From: an uncultured Candidatus Binatia bacterium
GTDB taxonomy: Bacteria; Desulfobacterota; Binatia; Bin18
Assembly: GCA_965214605.1 (NCBI GenBank)
Contig: OZ243961.1
Span: 2,560,001-2,624,000 of the forward strand
DNA length: 64,000 nt
Reading direction: 5' to 3'
Shown here in pieces: positions 31,094 to 41,002 of this stretch. A program made the position numbers and the translations under genes. Within the stretch, counting starts at the first letter, position 1, and each line of letters starts with the position of its first letter. The notes beneath the pieces are model-generated. The model had not been told where the DNA came from. It made no database searches and saw nothing but the letters and a program-made list of their open reading frames with translations.

Positions 31094-32350
31094 CTAAATG
31101 CCTCCGACAAATCTGCCGGGGTTGAGCACCTGGTGAGGATCAAAGGTTTCTTTGAGCTTCTTCATCAGCGGGAAGGCGCTGCCGGGCGGCCCCCACACAT
31201 CGATCTGGTCTTTCACGCTTGGATCAATCTGTTCAACAACAAGATAGCCATTCATCTTCTTGACCAGGATACGCATCCAGTCAAGCAGGGAGACGAGTTG
31301 CTCGGTCGGGACGGCGTCAGGACGGACAAAACGACTGTAGACAAGACCATTCCCGGCCCGAGCCTGAAACTGGACAGCGAGGCCGCGGAGGCCGACCTCT
31401 TCTTCCACCAAGCGACAAAACTCGGCTACCTGAGCGGGGAGCAGACCGGTTTTGCAGCGTAACCCGGCCTGACCGCTAATCGGAAAATCGCGCAGGGCAA
31501 CGACGAGATCGTAGGCAGCCGGGCCTTCGAGAGGTTCGAGGCGTATCCCGGTCTGGCTAGCCAGCCCGCTTAGACGCCGGCGTTGATAGTCGACCTCTTG
31601 GGGCACCCCTGCCAGGCCAATAACCAGCCGAAATTCGGCCGAATCATCGGCAGGGTGAGCTGGATCCACATTCGTCAGCTCTAAAAAGGAGAGCTGCAGT
31701 TCAGCAGTAATCTGCCGCAGAGCGACTTGCATGGCCTGATCGACCGAGGGAAAACGCAACACCACAATAGCCTGAGCTTCCGGTCGGGGCCGGATCTTAA
31801 AAGTCGCCTCAACGATGACCCCCAGAGTGCCGAGTGACCCACAGTAGAGCTTGGCTAAATCATAGCCGGCCACGTTTTTGACCACCCGTCCACCGCCTTT
31901 GACCACCGAGCCATCCGCACGGACAACTCTCAGCCCAATCAGAAAATCGCGGACCGTGCCCTGTGAGAGGCGAGACGGACCGCTTAGGTTAGTTGCGATC
32001 AAGCCGCCGACTGTAACCTGTTCGGGGTTGGGCGGATCGAGCGGCAGCCACTGACTGTTCTTACCCAAAATGGCCTGGAGTTGCGAGACACGCATACCCG
32101 CCTCGACCGTGATCGTCATATCGGTCGGTTGGTAATCTCGCAGCTGATTCAGCCGCTCCAAACACAGCGCGAGATCATAGCGGCGTGGGCGAGCGCCCAG
32201 GTGCAAAAACGCTCCTACCCCAACCGGAGCGACCGCGAGTTTGCGCTCTCCGGCATTCCGCAACACCGACGCCACCTGCTCAACCGAGGTTGAAAACACC
32301 ACTTCGTGCGGCGCAGTGCCGTCAATCGCAAACCGTCCTCCACCCTCCAT
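31094..32350 (-). CDS. glcE: Glycolate oxidase FAD-binding subunit
   Basis: GGRVVKNVAGYDL and FDP..VLNPG motifs; lies between glcD and glcF. Confidence 0.88.
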   Translation of the reverse strand: MEGGGRFAIDGTAPHEVVFSTSVEQVASVLRNAGERKLAVAPVGVGAFLHLGARPRRYDLALCLERLNQLRDYQPTDMTITVEAGMRVSQLQAILGKNSQWLPLDPPNPEQVTVGGLIATNLSGPSRLSQGTVRDFLIGLRVVRADGSVVKGGGRVVKNVAGYDLAKLYCGSLGTLGVIVEATFKIRPRPEAQAIVVLRFPSVDQAMQVALRQITAELQLSFLELTNVDPAHPADDSAEFRLVIGLAGVPQEVDYQRRRLSGLASQTGIRLEPLEGPAAYDLVVALRDFPISGQAGLRCKTGLLPAQVAEFCRLVEEEVGLRGLAVQFQARAGNGLVYSRFVRPDAVPTEQLVSLLDWMRILVKKMNGYLVVEQIDPSVKDQIDVWGPPGSAFPLMKKLKETFDPHQVLNPGRFVGGI

Positions 32351-32369
32351 GACCCACCCCTCTTCTCGC

Positions 32370-33797
32370 TCACAACGGGACTTGGCGGCGCGGTGCCCTC
32401 ACATCGATACAGCCCGTCCCGGGCGTGGGAATAATCTTATGTGGGTTACACCGATTGTCGGGATTAAACACCGCCCGCAGCTCGCTCATACACAGCAGGT
32501 CCTCAGGGCTAAAGATCAATGGCATTTGGGCCCGCTTCTCAACGCCAATGCCGTGCTCGCCGGTCAGGCTCCCACCGAGATCAACGCACGTTTTTAGAAT
32601 TTCCTGGCCGGCCTGCACCACTCGCTCGGCCTCACCCGGATTGCGCTCGTCGTACATCAGAATGGGATGAATATTGCCATCTCCGGCGTGAAAGACGTTG
32701 GCAATGCGCAAATTGTATTTCTCGGCGACCGCGGCAATGGCACGCAGGATATCCGCCACCTTGGTACGCGGCACCACGCCGTCCTGGGTACAATAATTGG
32801 GGGCTAAGCGACCCACCGCACCAAACGCCCGCTTACGGCTGGTCCACAGCGCCACACGCTCAGCATCGTCCTTGGCCACCCGCACTTCGCGGGCGCTGTT
32901 GTGCCGACAGATGTCCATAATCCGGTGTGTTTGGGGCTCAAGGCCTGCCTCTAAGCCGTCTAGCTCAATAATCAGAACCGCCTCGGCATCGGTCGGAAAC
33001 CCAAAATGAAAGGCGGCTTCAACAGCCTGAATAATAAGCCGGTCCATCATTTCTAAGGCTGCCGGCACAATACCGGCGGCAATAATGTCCGATACGGTCT
33101 GGGTCGCCTGGTGGACCGACTCAAAGACGCCTAGAAACGTGCGGTAGGCCTGAGGTTGCCGGGTCAGGCGCAGCGTGGCCTCAGTCACCACTCCGAACGT
33201 CCCCTCGGCCCCGATCGTGATCCCTCGCAGATCATAGCCCGGCATGTCTTCGATCGCCCCGCCGAGTGTGGCGAGTTCCCCGTTCGGTAGTACCAACTCC
33301 AGGCCCAGGACATGGTTGGTCGTCACGCCATATTTCAGAGTGTGGGGTCCGCCCGAGTTCTCAGCCACATTGCCGCCGATGGTACACGCCTGCTGGCTCG
33401 ACGGATCGGGCGCGTAGTGCAGCCCCTCGTTTTTGACAGCGTTGCTGACCCACAGGTTGACGACTCCAGCCTCGGCAACAATATAGCGGTTGGTCAGATC
33501 AATGTGCTTGATCGTGTTCAAGCGGCTAGTGCCGATCATGACCGGCGCCTCGACGGGTAGACACCCCCCGCTCAGCCCGGTGCCCGCCCCGCGCGGGACA
33601 AAGGCGATGTTCTCTTTGTGCAGGAATTTGACGACCGCGACCGTTTCTTGGGTCGAGCGTGGCAGCACGACCACCTCGGGAACCGACTTCTCCAGGGTGT
33701 AGCCGTCGCACTCATAAGTCGCTAAGGCCCGCGAGTTGACCACTAGCCCGTCTGACCCAACAATCTCGCCCAGACGCTTAACCGTACTCGCATCCAT
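32370..33797 (-). CDS. glcD: Glycolate oxidase subunit D
   Basis: PRGAGTGLSGG, PDPSSQ, HAGDGNIHP, GEHGIG motifs. Confidence 0.92.
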   Translation of the reverse strand: MDASTVKRLGEIVGSDGLVVNSRALATYECDGYTLEKSVPEVVVLPRSTQETVAVVKFLHKENIAFVPRGAGTGLSGGCLPVEAPVMIGTSRLNTIKHIDLTNRYIVAEAGVVNLWVSNAVKNEGLHYAPDPSSQQACTIGGNVAENSGGPHTLKYGVTTNHVLGLELVLPNGELATLGGAIEDMPGYDLRGITIGAEGTFGVVTEATLRLTRQPQAYRTFLGVFESVHQATQTVSDIIAAGIVPAALEMMDRLIIQAVEAAFHFGFPTDAEAVLIIELDGLEAGLEPQTHRIMDICRHNSAREVRVAKDDAERVALWTSRKRAFGAVGRLAPNYCTQDGVVPRTKVADILRAIAAVAEKYNLRIANVFHAGDGNIHPILMYDERNPGEAERVVQAGQEILKTCVDLGGSLTGEHGIGVEKRAQMPLIFSPEDLLCMSELRAVFNPDNRCNPHKIIPTPGTGCIDVRAPRRQVPL

Positions 33798-33806
33798 ACA
33801 CGCTCC

Positions 33807-34266
33807 TTAGCGATCAGTCTGTGGCCTGCGCTGAATCATTCGCTTGACCGTATAGCGCAGCAATACCTCATCTTTGGCGTTGACCACCTGCTGCGCAAAG
33901 GTGATGACGCCTCGGTCAGGTTTGCTCGTTTCCCGCTTGGACAAGACCTTGATCTTAACCCGTACCGTATCCCCGCAGCGCAGCGGAGCCGCTATTTGCA
34001 TCTCTTCAATCCCCCAACAGGGCCAGTCCGCCCCGCGCTAAGCCAGCCTGAATCATCAGGCCTTCCGACAGCGAAAAGGTAAACGCGCCTGGGGCGATCC
34101 GGCTGCCAAAGAGGCTGTGGTGCTTGACAAATTCCATGTCGATGAACAGCGGCTCGGTGAAGCCAAACAGATTCACGAAGTTGATGATGTCGGTCTCCGT
34201 CACGGTACGCGAGGCGGTCTCGTATTCGGTCCCCAGCTCGTACTCTTCGTAATACTCGACGGCCAT
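33807..34266 (-). pseudogene. MaoC/PaaZ-like dehydratase split by a +1 frameshift
   Basis: Two ORFs rejoin (LLG-IEE-MQI) if one G is removed from the G5 run at 34011-34015. Confidence 0.75.
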
Positions 34267-34366
34267 GGCCCCTCCTTACCCGAGTCGCAAGTGTTATGGG
34301 TTCCGGTGGGGAAGTCAACAGGGCGGGAGTTGACAAAAATACCCGGCTCCCGCTTATTACAATGCT

Positions 34367-35446
34367 ATGAAAAAGCGAGTCGCTGTTGTCGGGGCTACCG
34401 GTATTGCGGGACAGCAATTTCTGGTTGCTCTCGAAAATCATCCCTGGTTTGAGGTACGTCTCTTAGCCGCCTCACAGCGATCAGCCGGGAAAACCTACGC
34501 TGAAGCAATTCGGGATGCGAAGACGGGTGCCCGACAGTGGTGGTGCCAGGAAGAACCGCCACAGCAGATGCTGTCGCTACAGGTGCATGAGGCGTCGTCA
34601 ATCGATCTGAGCGGCATTGATCTGGTATTCTCCGCAGTCGAGTCAGGACCGGCCCAGGAACTAGAGCCCTTGTATGCTGCCACCACACCGGTCGTCAGTG
34701 CCGCTTCCGCCTTCCGCTATGAAGCCGACGTACCGCTCCTGATTCCAGGCATCAACCTGAATCATATCCGCCTGATCGACAGCCAGCAAAAAAACCGGGG
34801 CTGGGCCGGCTATATTGCGACCCAACCCAACTGTACCACGATTGGCTTGGCGATTACGCTCAAACCCTTGTGTGACGCTTTTGGCCTGCAAAAAGTCATT
34901 ATGACCTCGATGCAGGGCTTGTCTGGGGCTGGACGCTCGCCCGGCGTCATCGGGCTCGACGTTGTGGATAACATCATCCCTTTTATCTCAGGCGAAGAGG
35001 AAAAGGTTGAAAAAGAAACCCAAAAGATTCTGGGCAGCTTGTCGGCCGTTACGATCACACCGGCGGATTTTTCGGTCAGCGCTACCTGCACTCGGGTAGC
35101 CGTACTTGAGGGACATACCGAATCGGTCCTGGCCGTGATGGACAGGCCATGCTCGGTTGACGAGGCGCGGGCAGCCATGCTCGCCTTTGGCCGCGAATTT
35201 GGCAATCTGGGCCTTCCCTCAGCGCCCAAGCAGATGATTATCCTCCATGACGACCCGTTCCGGCCCCAGCCCCGTTTAGACCGCGATGCCGAAGACGGCA
35301 TGGCGACCTCAGTTGGACGGTTTCGGGCTGATAATGCGCTGGACAATGCGGTCAAATACCTGCTCGTCAGCCATAATACCAAAATGGGTGCAGCCAAGGG
35401 GGCGGTGTTGACGGCCGAGTATCTCCATCAGCAGGGTTACGTCTGA
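34367..35446 (+). CDS. asd: Aspartate-semialdehyde dehydrogenase
   Basis: GATGIAGQ, PNCTT, QGLSGAG, HNTKMGAA motifs. Confidence 0.93.
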   Translation: MKKRVAVVGATGIAGQQFLVALENHPWFEVRLLAASQRSAGKTYAEAIRDAKTGARQWWCQEEPPQQMLSLQVHEASSIDLSGIDLVFSAVESGPAQELEPLYAATTPVVSAASAFRYEADVPLLIPGINLNHIRLIDSQQKNRGWAGYIATQPNCTTIGLAITLKPLCDAFGLQKVIMTSMQGLSGAGRSPGVIGLDVVDNIIPFISGEEEKVEKETQKILGSLSAVTITPADFSVSATCTRVAVLEGHTESVLAVMDRPCSVDEARAAMLAFGREFGNLGLPSAPKQMIILHDDPFRPQPRLDRDAEDGMATSVGRFRADNALDNAVKYLLVSHNTKMGAAKGAVLTAEYLHQQGYV

Positions 35447-35467
35447 TCGGAATTTTTTCCCTCCCGC

Positions 35468-36874
35468 ATGCCGCCAGCTTACCAATCTGCAGACCTGCCC
35501 CCCAAGTCGGCCAGCTTCTGGCATCTGGCCGGGCCCGGCGCCGTCCTAGTCGGTCTGTCTATTGGTGCCGGTGAACTGGTTGTCTGGCCCCGCAATACCG
35601 CCCAGTTTGGCGCCAGTATGACCTGGGCGGCTGTACTGGGGGTGTTTGTTCAGCTGTGGATCAACTGCGAGGTTGGCCGCTATACGCTCGCCACGGGCGA
35701 GAGTATTTATGGCGGTTTTGCACGTATCTCCCGCCACTTTGCCTGGATCTTTCTGATACTCAATGTGTGCAGCTGGATTTTGCCCGGCTGGGCGCGGGCG
35801 TGTGGCGGAGCACTCAAAGTCCTCATTGTCGGTCCCCAGGGCTGGGGAGATCCCTGGGTGTGGACAACGATTACCTTTATCGGAGTCACAGCAGTCCTGT
35901 TTGGGCCAAAGCGGGTGTATGCTTCGCTGGAGCATACGGTTGAAGCCCTGGTGATCGTCATTACGGTCGGGCTGATTGTAATTGCGTTTTCGGTTGGCGG
36001 GGCGGCAACCTGGAAAGAGCTGGGTTGGGGGATGCTGAATATTCCGTATAAGGATCCGGATATGGCGGTGTACGCCCTATTCTCGTCGATCGTTTTTGCC
36101 GGGGCGGGAGGAACCGCAAATTTGTTCTTCTCATTTTATATCCGGGACAAGGGCTGGGGAATGGGCGCGCTGGTGCCAACAGTGCTCAACCCGCTGCGCG
36201 AACGCCAGGAGGCAACAGTCGAGCGGGCGTTTCAGGTCACGATCAGCACGCGCAATCTGCAACGCTGGAGGGCCTGGTTTCAGCATCTACAACTCGACCA
36301 GACACTCTTTTTCTGGCTGCTCAACACCCTCACCATCCTACTGTTCATCTACGGCGCGCTGGCCGTTCTCCACCCCCGCGGCATTATTCCCAATCAGGAG
36401 TTGTTGGTATGGCAGGAAGCCGAAATTCTGGGGAGCTTATGGGGATCGTCCGGCAAGCTCCTCTTTCTGTTGGTCGGCACCGCCTGCCTGTTTAGTACCC
36501 AGCTGACGCTGATTGACGGGGTCGCCCGTTCATGCGCGGATATTCTGCACACCAACTATACTTGGGCGCAGAAAAAACCGCTCAGTTGGTGGTATGCCAC
36601 AATTGCCCTAGCCTGGATTGTCGTTGGTATTGCCCTCACCTATGCTTATGAGAGCCTCCCACCCATCCTGTTCCTGTTGGGTTCAGCGTTTTTTGGCGGG
36701 ATTGCTATGGCTATCTACACACCGCTGGCCCTGGTCCTGAACCGAACCCGGCTGCCAGCCGAGTTACGACCCGGCCCACTACGATGCCTCCTTCTTGGGG
36801 CGATCAGTGCCTTCTATATTCTCTTCGCAGTGAGCTCAGTCATGCTGCTCGTCCACCGACTGTTCGTGCAGTAG
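35468..36874 (+). CDS. Nramp-like/APC superfamily membrane transporter
   Basis: GPGAVLVGLSIGAGEL..WP, RYTLATGE; about 11 TM helices. Confidence 0.75.
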   Translation: MPPAYQSADLPPKSASFWHLAGPGAVLVGLSIGAGELVVWPRNTAQFGASMTWAAVLGVFVQLWINCEVGRYTLATGESIYGGFARISRHFAWIFLILNVCSWILPGWARACGGALKVLIVGPQGWGDPWVWTTITFIGVTAVLFGPKRVYASLEHTVEALVIVITVGLIVIAFSVGGAATWKELGWGMLNIPYKDPDMAVYALFSSIVFAGAGGTANLFFSFYIRDKGWGMGALVPTVLNPLRERQEATVERAFQVTISTRNLQRWRAWFQHLQLDQTLFFWLLNTLTILLFIYGALAVLHPRGIIPNQELLVWQEAEILGSLWGSSGKLLFLLVGTACLFSTQLTLIDGVARSCADILHTNYTWAQKKPLSWWYATIALAWIVVGIALTYAYESLPPILFLLGSAFFGGIAMAIYTPLALVLNRTRLPAELRPGPLRCLLLGAISAFYILFAVSSVMLLVHRLFVQ

Positions 36875-36880
36875 CCCATA

Positions 36881-36914
36881 GAAAAAGGGCGACCCCGGTG
36901 GTGGGCCGCCCTCT
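36881..36914 (-). terminator. Intrinsic terminator of the atp F0 operon
   Basis: AGGGCGGCCC/GGGTCGCCCT hairpin followed by a T-run on the minus strand, between convergent genes. Confidence 0.65.
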
Positions 36915-36938
36915 GTTCATGGGTTCACTTTGGCCGAC

Positions 36939-37253
36939 TTAGACGCTGCCCGACAGGGTAAAAGCGATCACCAGGGCATAGATGGCCAGCGCCTCAATAA
37001 AGGCGATACCGATAATCATCGGCGTCTGAATCCGGTCGGCCGAACTCGGGTTACGGCCGATGGATTCCATCGCCGCAGCAACTGCCCGTCCCTGCCCCAA
37101 GCCAGCTCCAACCGCGGCAATGCCAACAGCGAGTCCTGCGGCTAGGGCAATCATGCCGCGCGATGAGTCGCCCCCCTCCGCGGCAAACGCCACACCGCTT
37201 GTGCTCAGCACCACGAGTGCCGCCAAGACGCCAAGACACCATACTCTCTTCAT
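36939..37253 (-). CDS. atpE: ATP synthase F0 subunit c
   Basis: GxGxGxG helix, RNP loop, FIEALAIY (H+-type). Confidence 0.95.
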   Translation of the reverse strand: MKRVWCLGVLAALVVLSTSGVAFAAEGGDSSRGMIALAAGLAVGIAAVGAGLGQGRAVAAAMESIGRNPSSADRIQTPMIIGIAFIEALAIYALVIAFTLSGSV

Positions 37254-37381
37254 ACCTCTACTCCTTTCTTTCCCCCCTAGCGGCAGAAACCTGGGCACGC
37301 CTCTCTTATCCTCCTCTCCCGTCCTCGCCCCTCCGCCGTCAGGATGGCTGGTTGGTAATCCTGTTTTTTCCTTAATCTGCC

Positions 37382-38083
37382 CTAGTGGCCGTCGTCATGG
37401 GCTACAGCCAGGGAGACGTACACCAGACTGAGCAGGGTGAACACAAAGGCCTGGACCAGGGAGACAAATGCCCCAAGAGCGTAGAATATCACCGGGATGC
37501 CGACCTTGGTCAGATCGGTGAAGATCTCCAAAACAACGTGATCACCGGTCATATTCCCGAACAGCCGCAGTCCCAGGGAAAAGGGCCGAACAAAGTTGTC
37601 AATCAGCTCCAGCGGAACCATCAGAAACCCGAGCCACCAGATCGGCCCGACAAAGTGTTTCAAATAGGCTAGGCCCTGTTCTCGAAAAGCGAAAAAATTG
37701 TAGGCCGTAAATGATAGCACACCAAGGGCGAAGGTGACATTAAAGTTGCTCGTTGGCGGAGAAAAGCCCGGCACGAGGCCAGTCAGATTGGCACAGAGAA
37801 TGAAGAGGAAAAAGCTGCCGTAGAGGTGGATATAGCGCCGGGCCTGGTGTCCGAGAACACCTTCCGCCATACCTGAGACGCCCTCAACCAACAGTTCGGC
37901 CATGTTCCGCAGGGTGAGCGAATCATCCGGAATGTTCGGGTCTGGGGCAGCGTCCATCTGTCGCTTGGCCCGGTAGGCCAAGAAAATAAGCAGGACGGTG
38001 ACAAGGAGAGAGGTGGCAATATGTCCTGGCAGGAGATTCAGCCCGGGAATAACAGAAACCCAGGTAAAGGGGTGATGATCCAT
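37382..38083 (-). CDS. atpB: ATP synthase F0 subunit a
   Basis: RPFSLGLRLFGNM and QAFVF motifs. Confidence 0.96.
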   Translation of the reverse strand: MDHHPFTWVSVIPGLNLLPGHIATSLLVTVLLIFLAYRAKRQMDAAPDPNIPDDSLTLRNMAELLVEGVSGMAEGVLGHQARRYIHLYGSFFLFILCANLTGLVPGFSPPTSNFNVTFALGVLSFTAYNFFAFREQGLAYLKHFVGPIWWLGFLMVPLELIDNFVRPFSLGLRLFGNMTGDHVVLEIFTDLTKVGIPVIFYALGAFVSLVQAFVFTLLSLVYVSLAVAHDDGH

Positions 38084-38092
38084 GTCGCTCGC

Positions 38093-38476
38093 CTATGGGC
38101 ACGCTGTCTTAGATTTTTGTTCGGACAGGCCAACTATCACGCAGGCCAACAACAGTAAAGACACCCCTACGGCGAAGCTCTGCCCATGCACCGGATAGTG
38201 CAGCAAAAGGGCACCCAACAAAGCCAGAAAAAACACGCTCTTGGCCGCAAACCACAGGGCGGCGTGAGATTTTCCGGCCCAACCCTTGGGAGATGCAGAA
38301 AGCGCGCTGCGCACCAGCTTTTTGAGCAGCCAGAAATTGCCCTGCATAACGATCCCGCCCAGAATGAGGCTGAAAATATGTCCATATCCGACTAGCCAGC
38401 CAATCCCAGCGCTCAGACCGACAAGGAGGAGATTGAGCCGCTCAATTTTTTCTATGGTAGTGTGGTTGGTCCGCAT
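38093..38476 (-). CDS. atpI: ATP synthase subunit I
   Basis: Four TM helices, located between atpZ and atpB. Confidence 0.75.
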   Translation of the reverse strand: MRTNHTTIEKIERLNLLLVGLSAGIGWLVGYGHIFSLILGGIVMQGNFWLLKKLVRSALSASPKGWAGKSHAALWFAAKSVFFLALLGALLLHYPVHGQSFAVGVSLLLLACVIVGLSEQKSKTACP

Positions 38477-38684
38477 GCCGAGACAAATGTTGGAGGACAA
38501 GAATCAGTCGATAGATCGCCCCGGCCATACCACCGACCGCGCCAAGAACGAGCAAGAGGGGAGCTGTTCCAAATAGGCCATCAAGGTAACGTCCTAGAAA
38601 GATTCCGGCCAGGACTGCTCCGGCAAACTCAAAACCCAAAGCGCCATATCGGCCGTAACTTAGAAGGGTGGTGGGAGAGGGCAT
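38442..38684 (-). CDS. atpZ: AtpZ/AtpI family protein
   Basis: G..LGRYLD..FGTAP motif; first gene of the F0 operon. Confidence 0.8.
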   Translation of the reverse strand: MPSPTTLLSYGRYGALGFEFAGAVLAGIFLGRYLDGLFGTAPLLLVLGAVGGMAGAIYRLILVLQHLSRHADQPHYHRKN

Positions 38685-38705
38685 ACCGAATTCCGTTTGG
38701 TAGTA

Positions 38706-39239
38706 AGTTATTCACACCTGTGGATAACCTGCTAACCCCTTATCATAAAACAAGTTTTTTGATCTTTTCCACAGGGTTTTCCACAGGATAGAAACACCAC
38801 ATCCGCCGGACTTCGCAAGGACGAGGGAGGAAGGTCATTTGTGGCGTTTTTCACCCAGTTATTCACACCTGTGGATAACCTGCTAACCCCTTATCATAAA
38901 ACAAGTTTTTTGATCTTTTCCACAGGGTTTTCCACAGGATAGAAACACCACATCCGCCGGACTTCGCAAGGACGAGGGAGGAAGGTCATTTGTGGCGTTT
39001 TTCACCCAGTTATTCACACCTGTGGATAACCTGCTAACCCCTTATCATAAAACAAGTTTTTTGATCTTTTCCACAGGGTTTTCCACAGGATAGAAACACC
39101 ACATCCGCCGGACTTCGCAAGGACGAGGGAGGAAGGGTCATTTGTGGCGTTTTTCACCCAGTTATTCACACCTGTGGATAACCTGCTAACCCCTTATCAT
39201 AAAACAAGTTTTTTGATCTTTTCCACAGGGTTTTCCACA
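38706..39239. repeat. Tandem array of 151-bp units (3 full plus an 80-bp partial) carrying 16 DnaA boxes
   Basis: Units start at 38706, 38857, 39008 and 39160 and are identical except for one extra G. Each has TTATTCACA, TGTGGATAA and two TTTTCCACA. Confidence 0.95.
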
Positions 39240-39314
39240 AGCCCAGAGCTCACAAGGGGGACGGTGAGGTATAGACGAATTTTTTGATGATCTCGACAGC
39301 TGCAATGCCGAACT

Positions 39315-40601
39315 TCAAACCGCTCCAAGCCGCTGCATGACTTCTGTAGCGGCAAAGAGTGTTTCGTCAATCTCGGCCTCGCCATGGGCTAAGGAGACAA
39401 AAGCGGCCTCAAACTGGGAGGGAGGCAGATAGATGCCACGCTCAATCATCCCGTGAAAATAGCGGGCAAATGTCGCGGTGTCGCAACTGACGGCGCTGGT
39501 GTAATCCCGGACTTGGTCGATGCCAAAGAAGACGGTGATCATTGAACCGAGCTGATTGATGCAGGCCTGAACGCCAGCGTCCTGAACAGCCTTGCGTAAC
39601 CCTTCTGCTAGGCGGGTCCCCATTTCGTTTAAGCGCGCATACGCCCCTGGGGCGTTTATGAGTTTGAGCGTTTCAATGCCAGCCGTAACCGCTAAGGGGT
39701 TTCCCGACAGAGTCCCGGCCTGGTAAACCGGTCCGAGCGGGGCAAGACAGTCCATGATGTCCCGCTTGCCGCCGACCGCCGCCAGAGGCAGTCCACCGCC
39801 AATAACTTTGCCAAAACAGCTCAGGTCGGGATCTATACCGTACAGCTCCTGCGCTCCGCCGCGCGCTAGGCGAAACCCACTCATGACCTCGTCAAGGATG
39901 AGGACTACTCCGGCCTCTCTAGTCAGGCTTCTCAGGTCGGCCAAGAAACTCGGTTCGGGCAAGACAAGGCCCATGTTACCGGGAACGGGTTCGACAATAA
40001 CGGCGGCAACCGCGCCGGGATTGGCATTGATGTGCGCCTCAACGCTGGCAAGGTTGTTGAACTCAGCAATCAGGGTCTGACTGGCAAAGGCTTCGGGGAC
40101 CCCTTTGCTGTCAGGCTGGCTCAAAGTCAGCGCTCCCGACCCAGCTCGGACTAGCAGGGCGTCGGTATGTCCGTGGTAGCAACCGGCGAACTTGATAATT
40201 TTAGTCCGTTCCGTGTAGCCCCTGGCAATCCGCAGCGCGGTCATAGTCGCTTCGGTTCCAGACGAGGTGAGGCGAACCTTTTCAACTGAGGGAACGGCAT
40301 CAACGACCATCCGGGCCAGCTCAATCTCTTTGGCGGTTGGCGCGCCAAAACTTGTCCCACGTTTGACCACGTCCTCAAGGGCACGCACGACCTGGGGATG
40401 GGCATGGCCAGCAATCAGGGGGCCCCACGACCCAATATAGTCGATGTACTCTTTGTTATCGGCATCAACCACCCGGCAGCCATAACCACGCTGAATGAAG
40501 CACGGCGTTCCGTCTACCGCGCGCCAGGCGCGTGCCGGACTATTGACTCCGCCTGGTATGATTTCTTGGGCCTGGCGAAACAGCTTATCTGACGTGGACA
40601 T
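39315..40601 (-). CDS. hemL: Glutamate-1-semialdehyde 2,1-aminomutase
   Basis: PGGVNSP, SGTEATM, FGKVIGGGLP, YQAGTLSGNP motifs. Confidence 0.97.
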   Translation of the reverse strand: MSTSDKLFRQAQEIIPGGVNSPARAWRAVDGTPCFIQRGYGCRVVDADNKEYIDYIGSWGPLIAGHAHPQVVRALEDVVKRGTSFGAPTAKEIELARMVVDAVPSVEKVRLTSSGTEATMTALRIARGYTERTKIIKFAGCYHGHTDALLVRAGSGALTLSQPDSKGVPEAFASQTLIAEFNNLASVEAHINANPGAVAAVIVEPVPGNMGLVLPEPSFLADLRSLTREAGVVLILDEVMSGFRLARGGAQELYGIDPDLSCFGKVIGGGLPLAAVGGKRDIMDCLAPLGPVYQAGTLSGNPLAVTAGIETLKLINAPGAYARLNEMGTRLAEGLRKAVQDAGVQACINQLGSMITVFFGIDQVRDYTSAVSCDTATFARYFHGMIERGIYLPPSQFEAAFVSLAHGEAEIDETLFAATEVMQRLGAV

Positions 40602-40893
40602 AGCTCGTTTTCTGACCTCACGATGGGTTACTGTGTGCTAGCACTGGGCGGATGACGCGTCAAGGTAAAAAAATATTGTGCTGGAAAATCAGCGACTTCT
40701 CGCCCCCTACACTGCTTTGCTTGCATTGCTCATCAAAAAGGTCTAAACACCCTGAATTAACACCGAACTCATTCTCTTTTTTGAACAGACAATAGTGATG
40801 CTGTAGCAAATGGTCTTCTCCTTTCCTTCTCATTCCCATGGCTTGACGAGCCAGGATTCTCTGGGATGAGAGAAAGGGGGTGGGGAAGAAATA

Positions 40894-40972
40894 TGTGGAA
40901 AAACGCGTGGAAATTGGAGGGAATTCCTTTTAAGGAATAGGGGGTTAGCAAGTTACTCACAGGTGTGGATAA
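40894..40972 (+). promoter_or_regulatory. DnaA-box cluster in the dnaA promoter region
   Basis: TGTGGAAAA (40894), CGTGGAAAT (40906), TTACTCACA (40953), TGTGGATAA (40964). Confidence 0.8.
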
Positions 40973-41002
40973 CTTGCCGACAACCCGGGACGAGCATGTG
41001 GT

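Noticed and set aside
36939-38684. Incomplete atp operon as a novelty
   Set aside because: Separation of atpIBE from atpFHAGDC is well known in Deltaproteobacteria-like lineages.
38706-39239. CRISPR array
   Set aside because: The spacers are identical, the repeat is 80 bp, and no cas genes are present; it is a tandem duplication of DnaA boxes.
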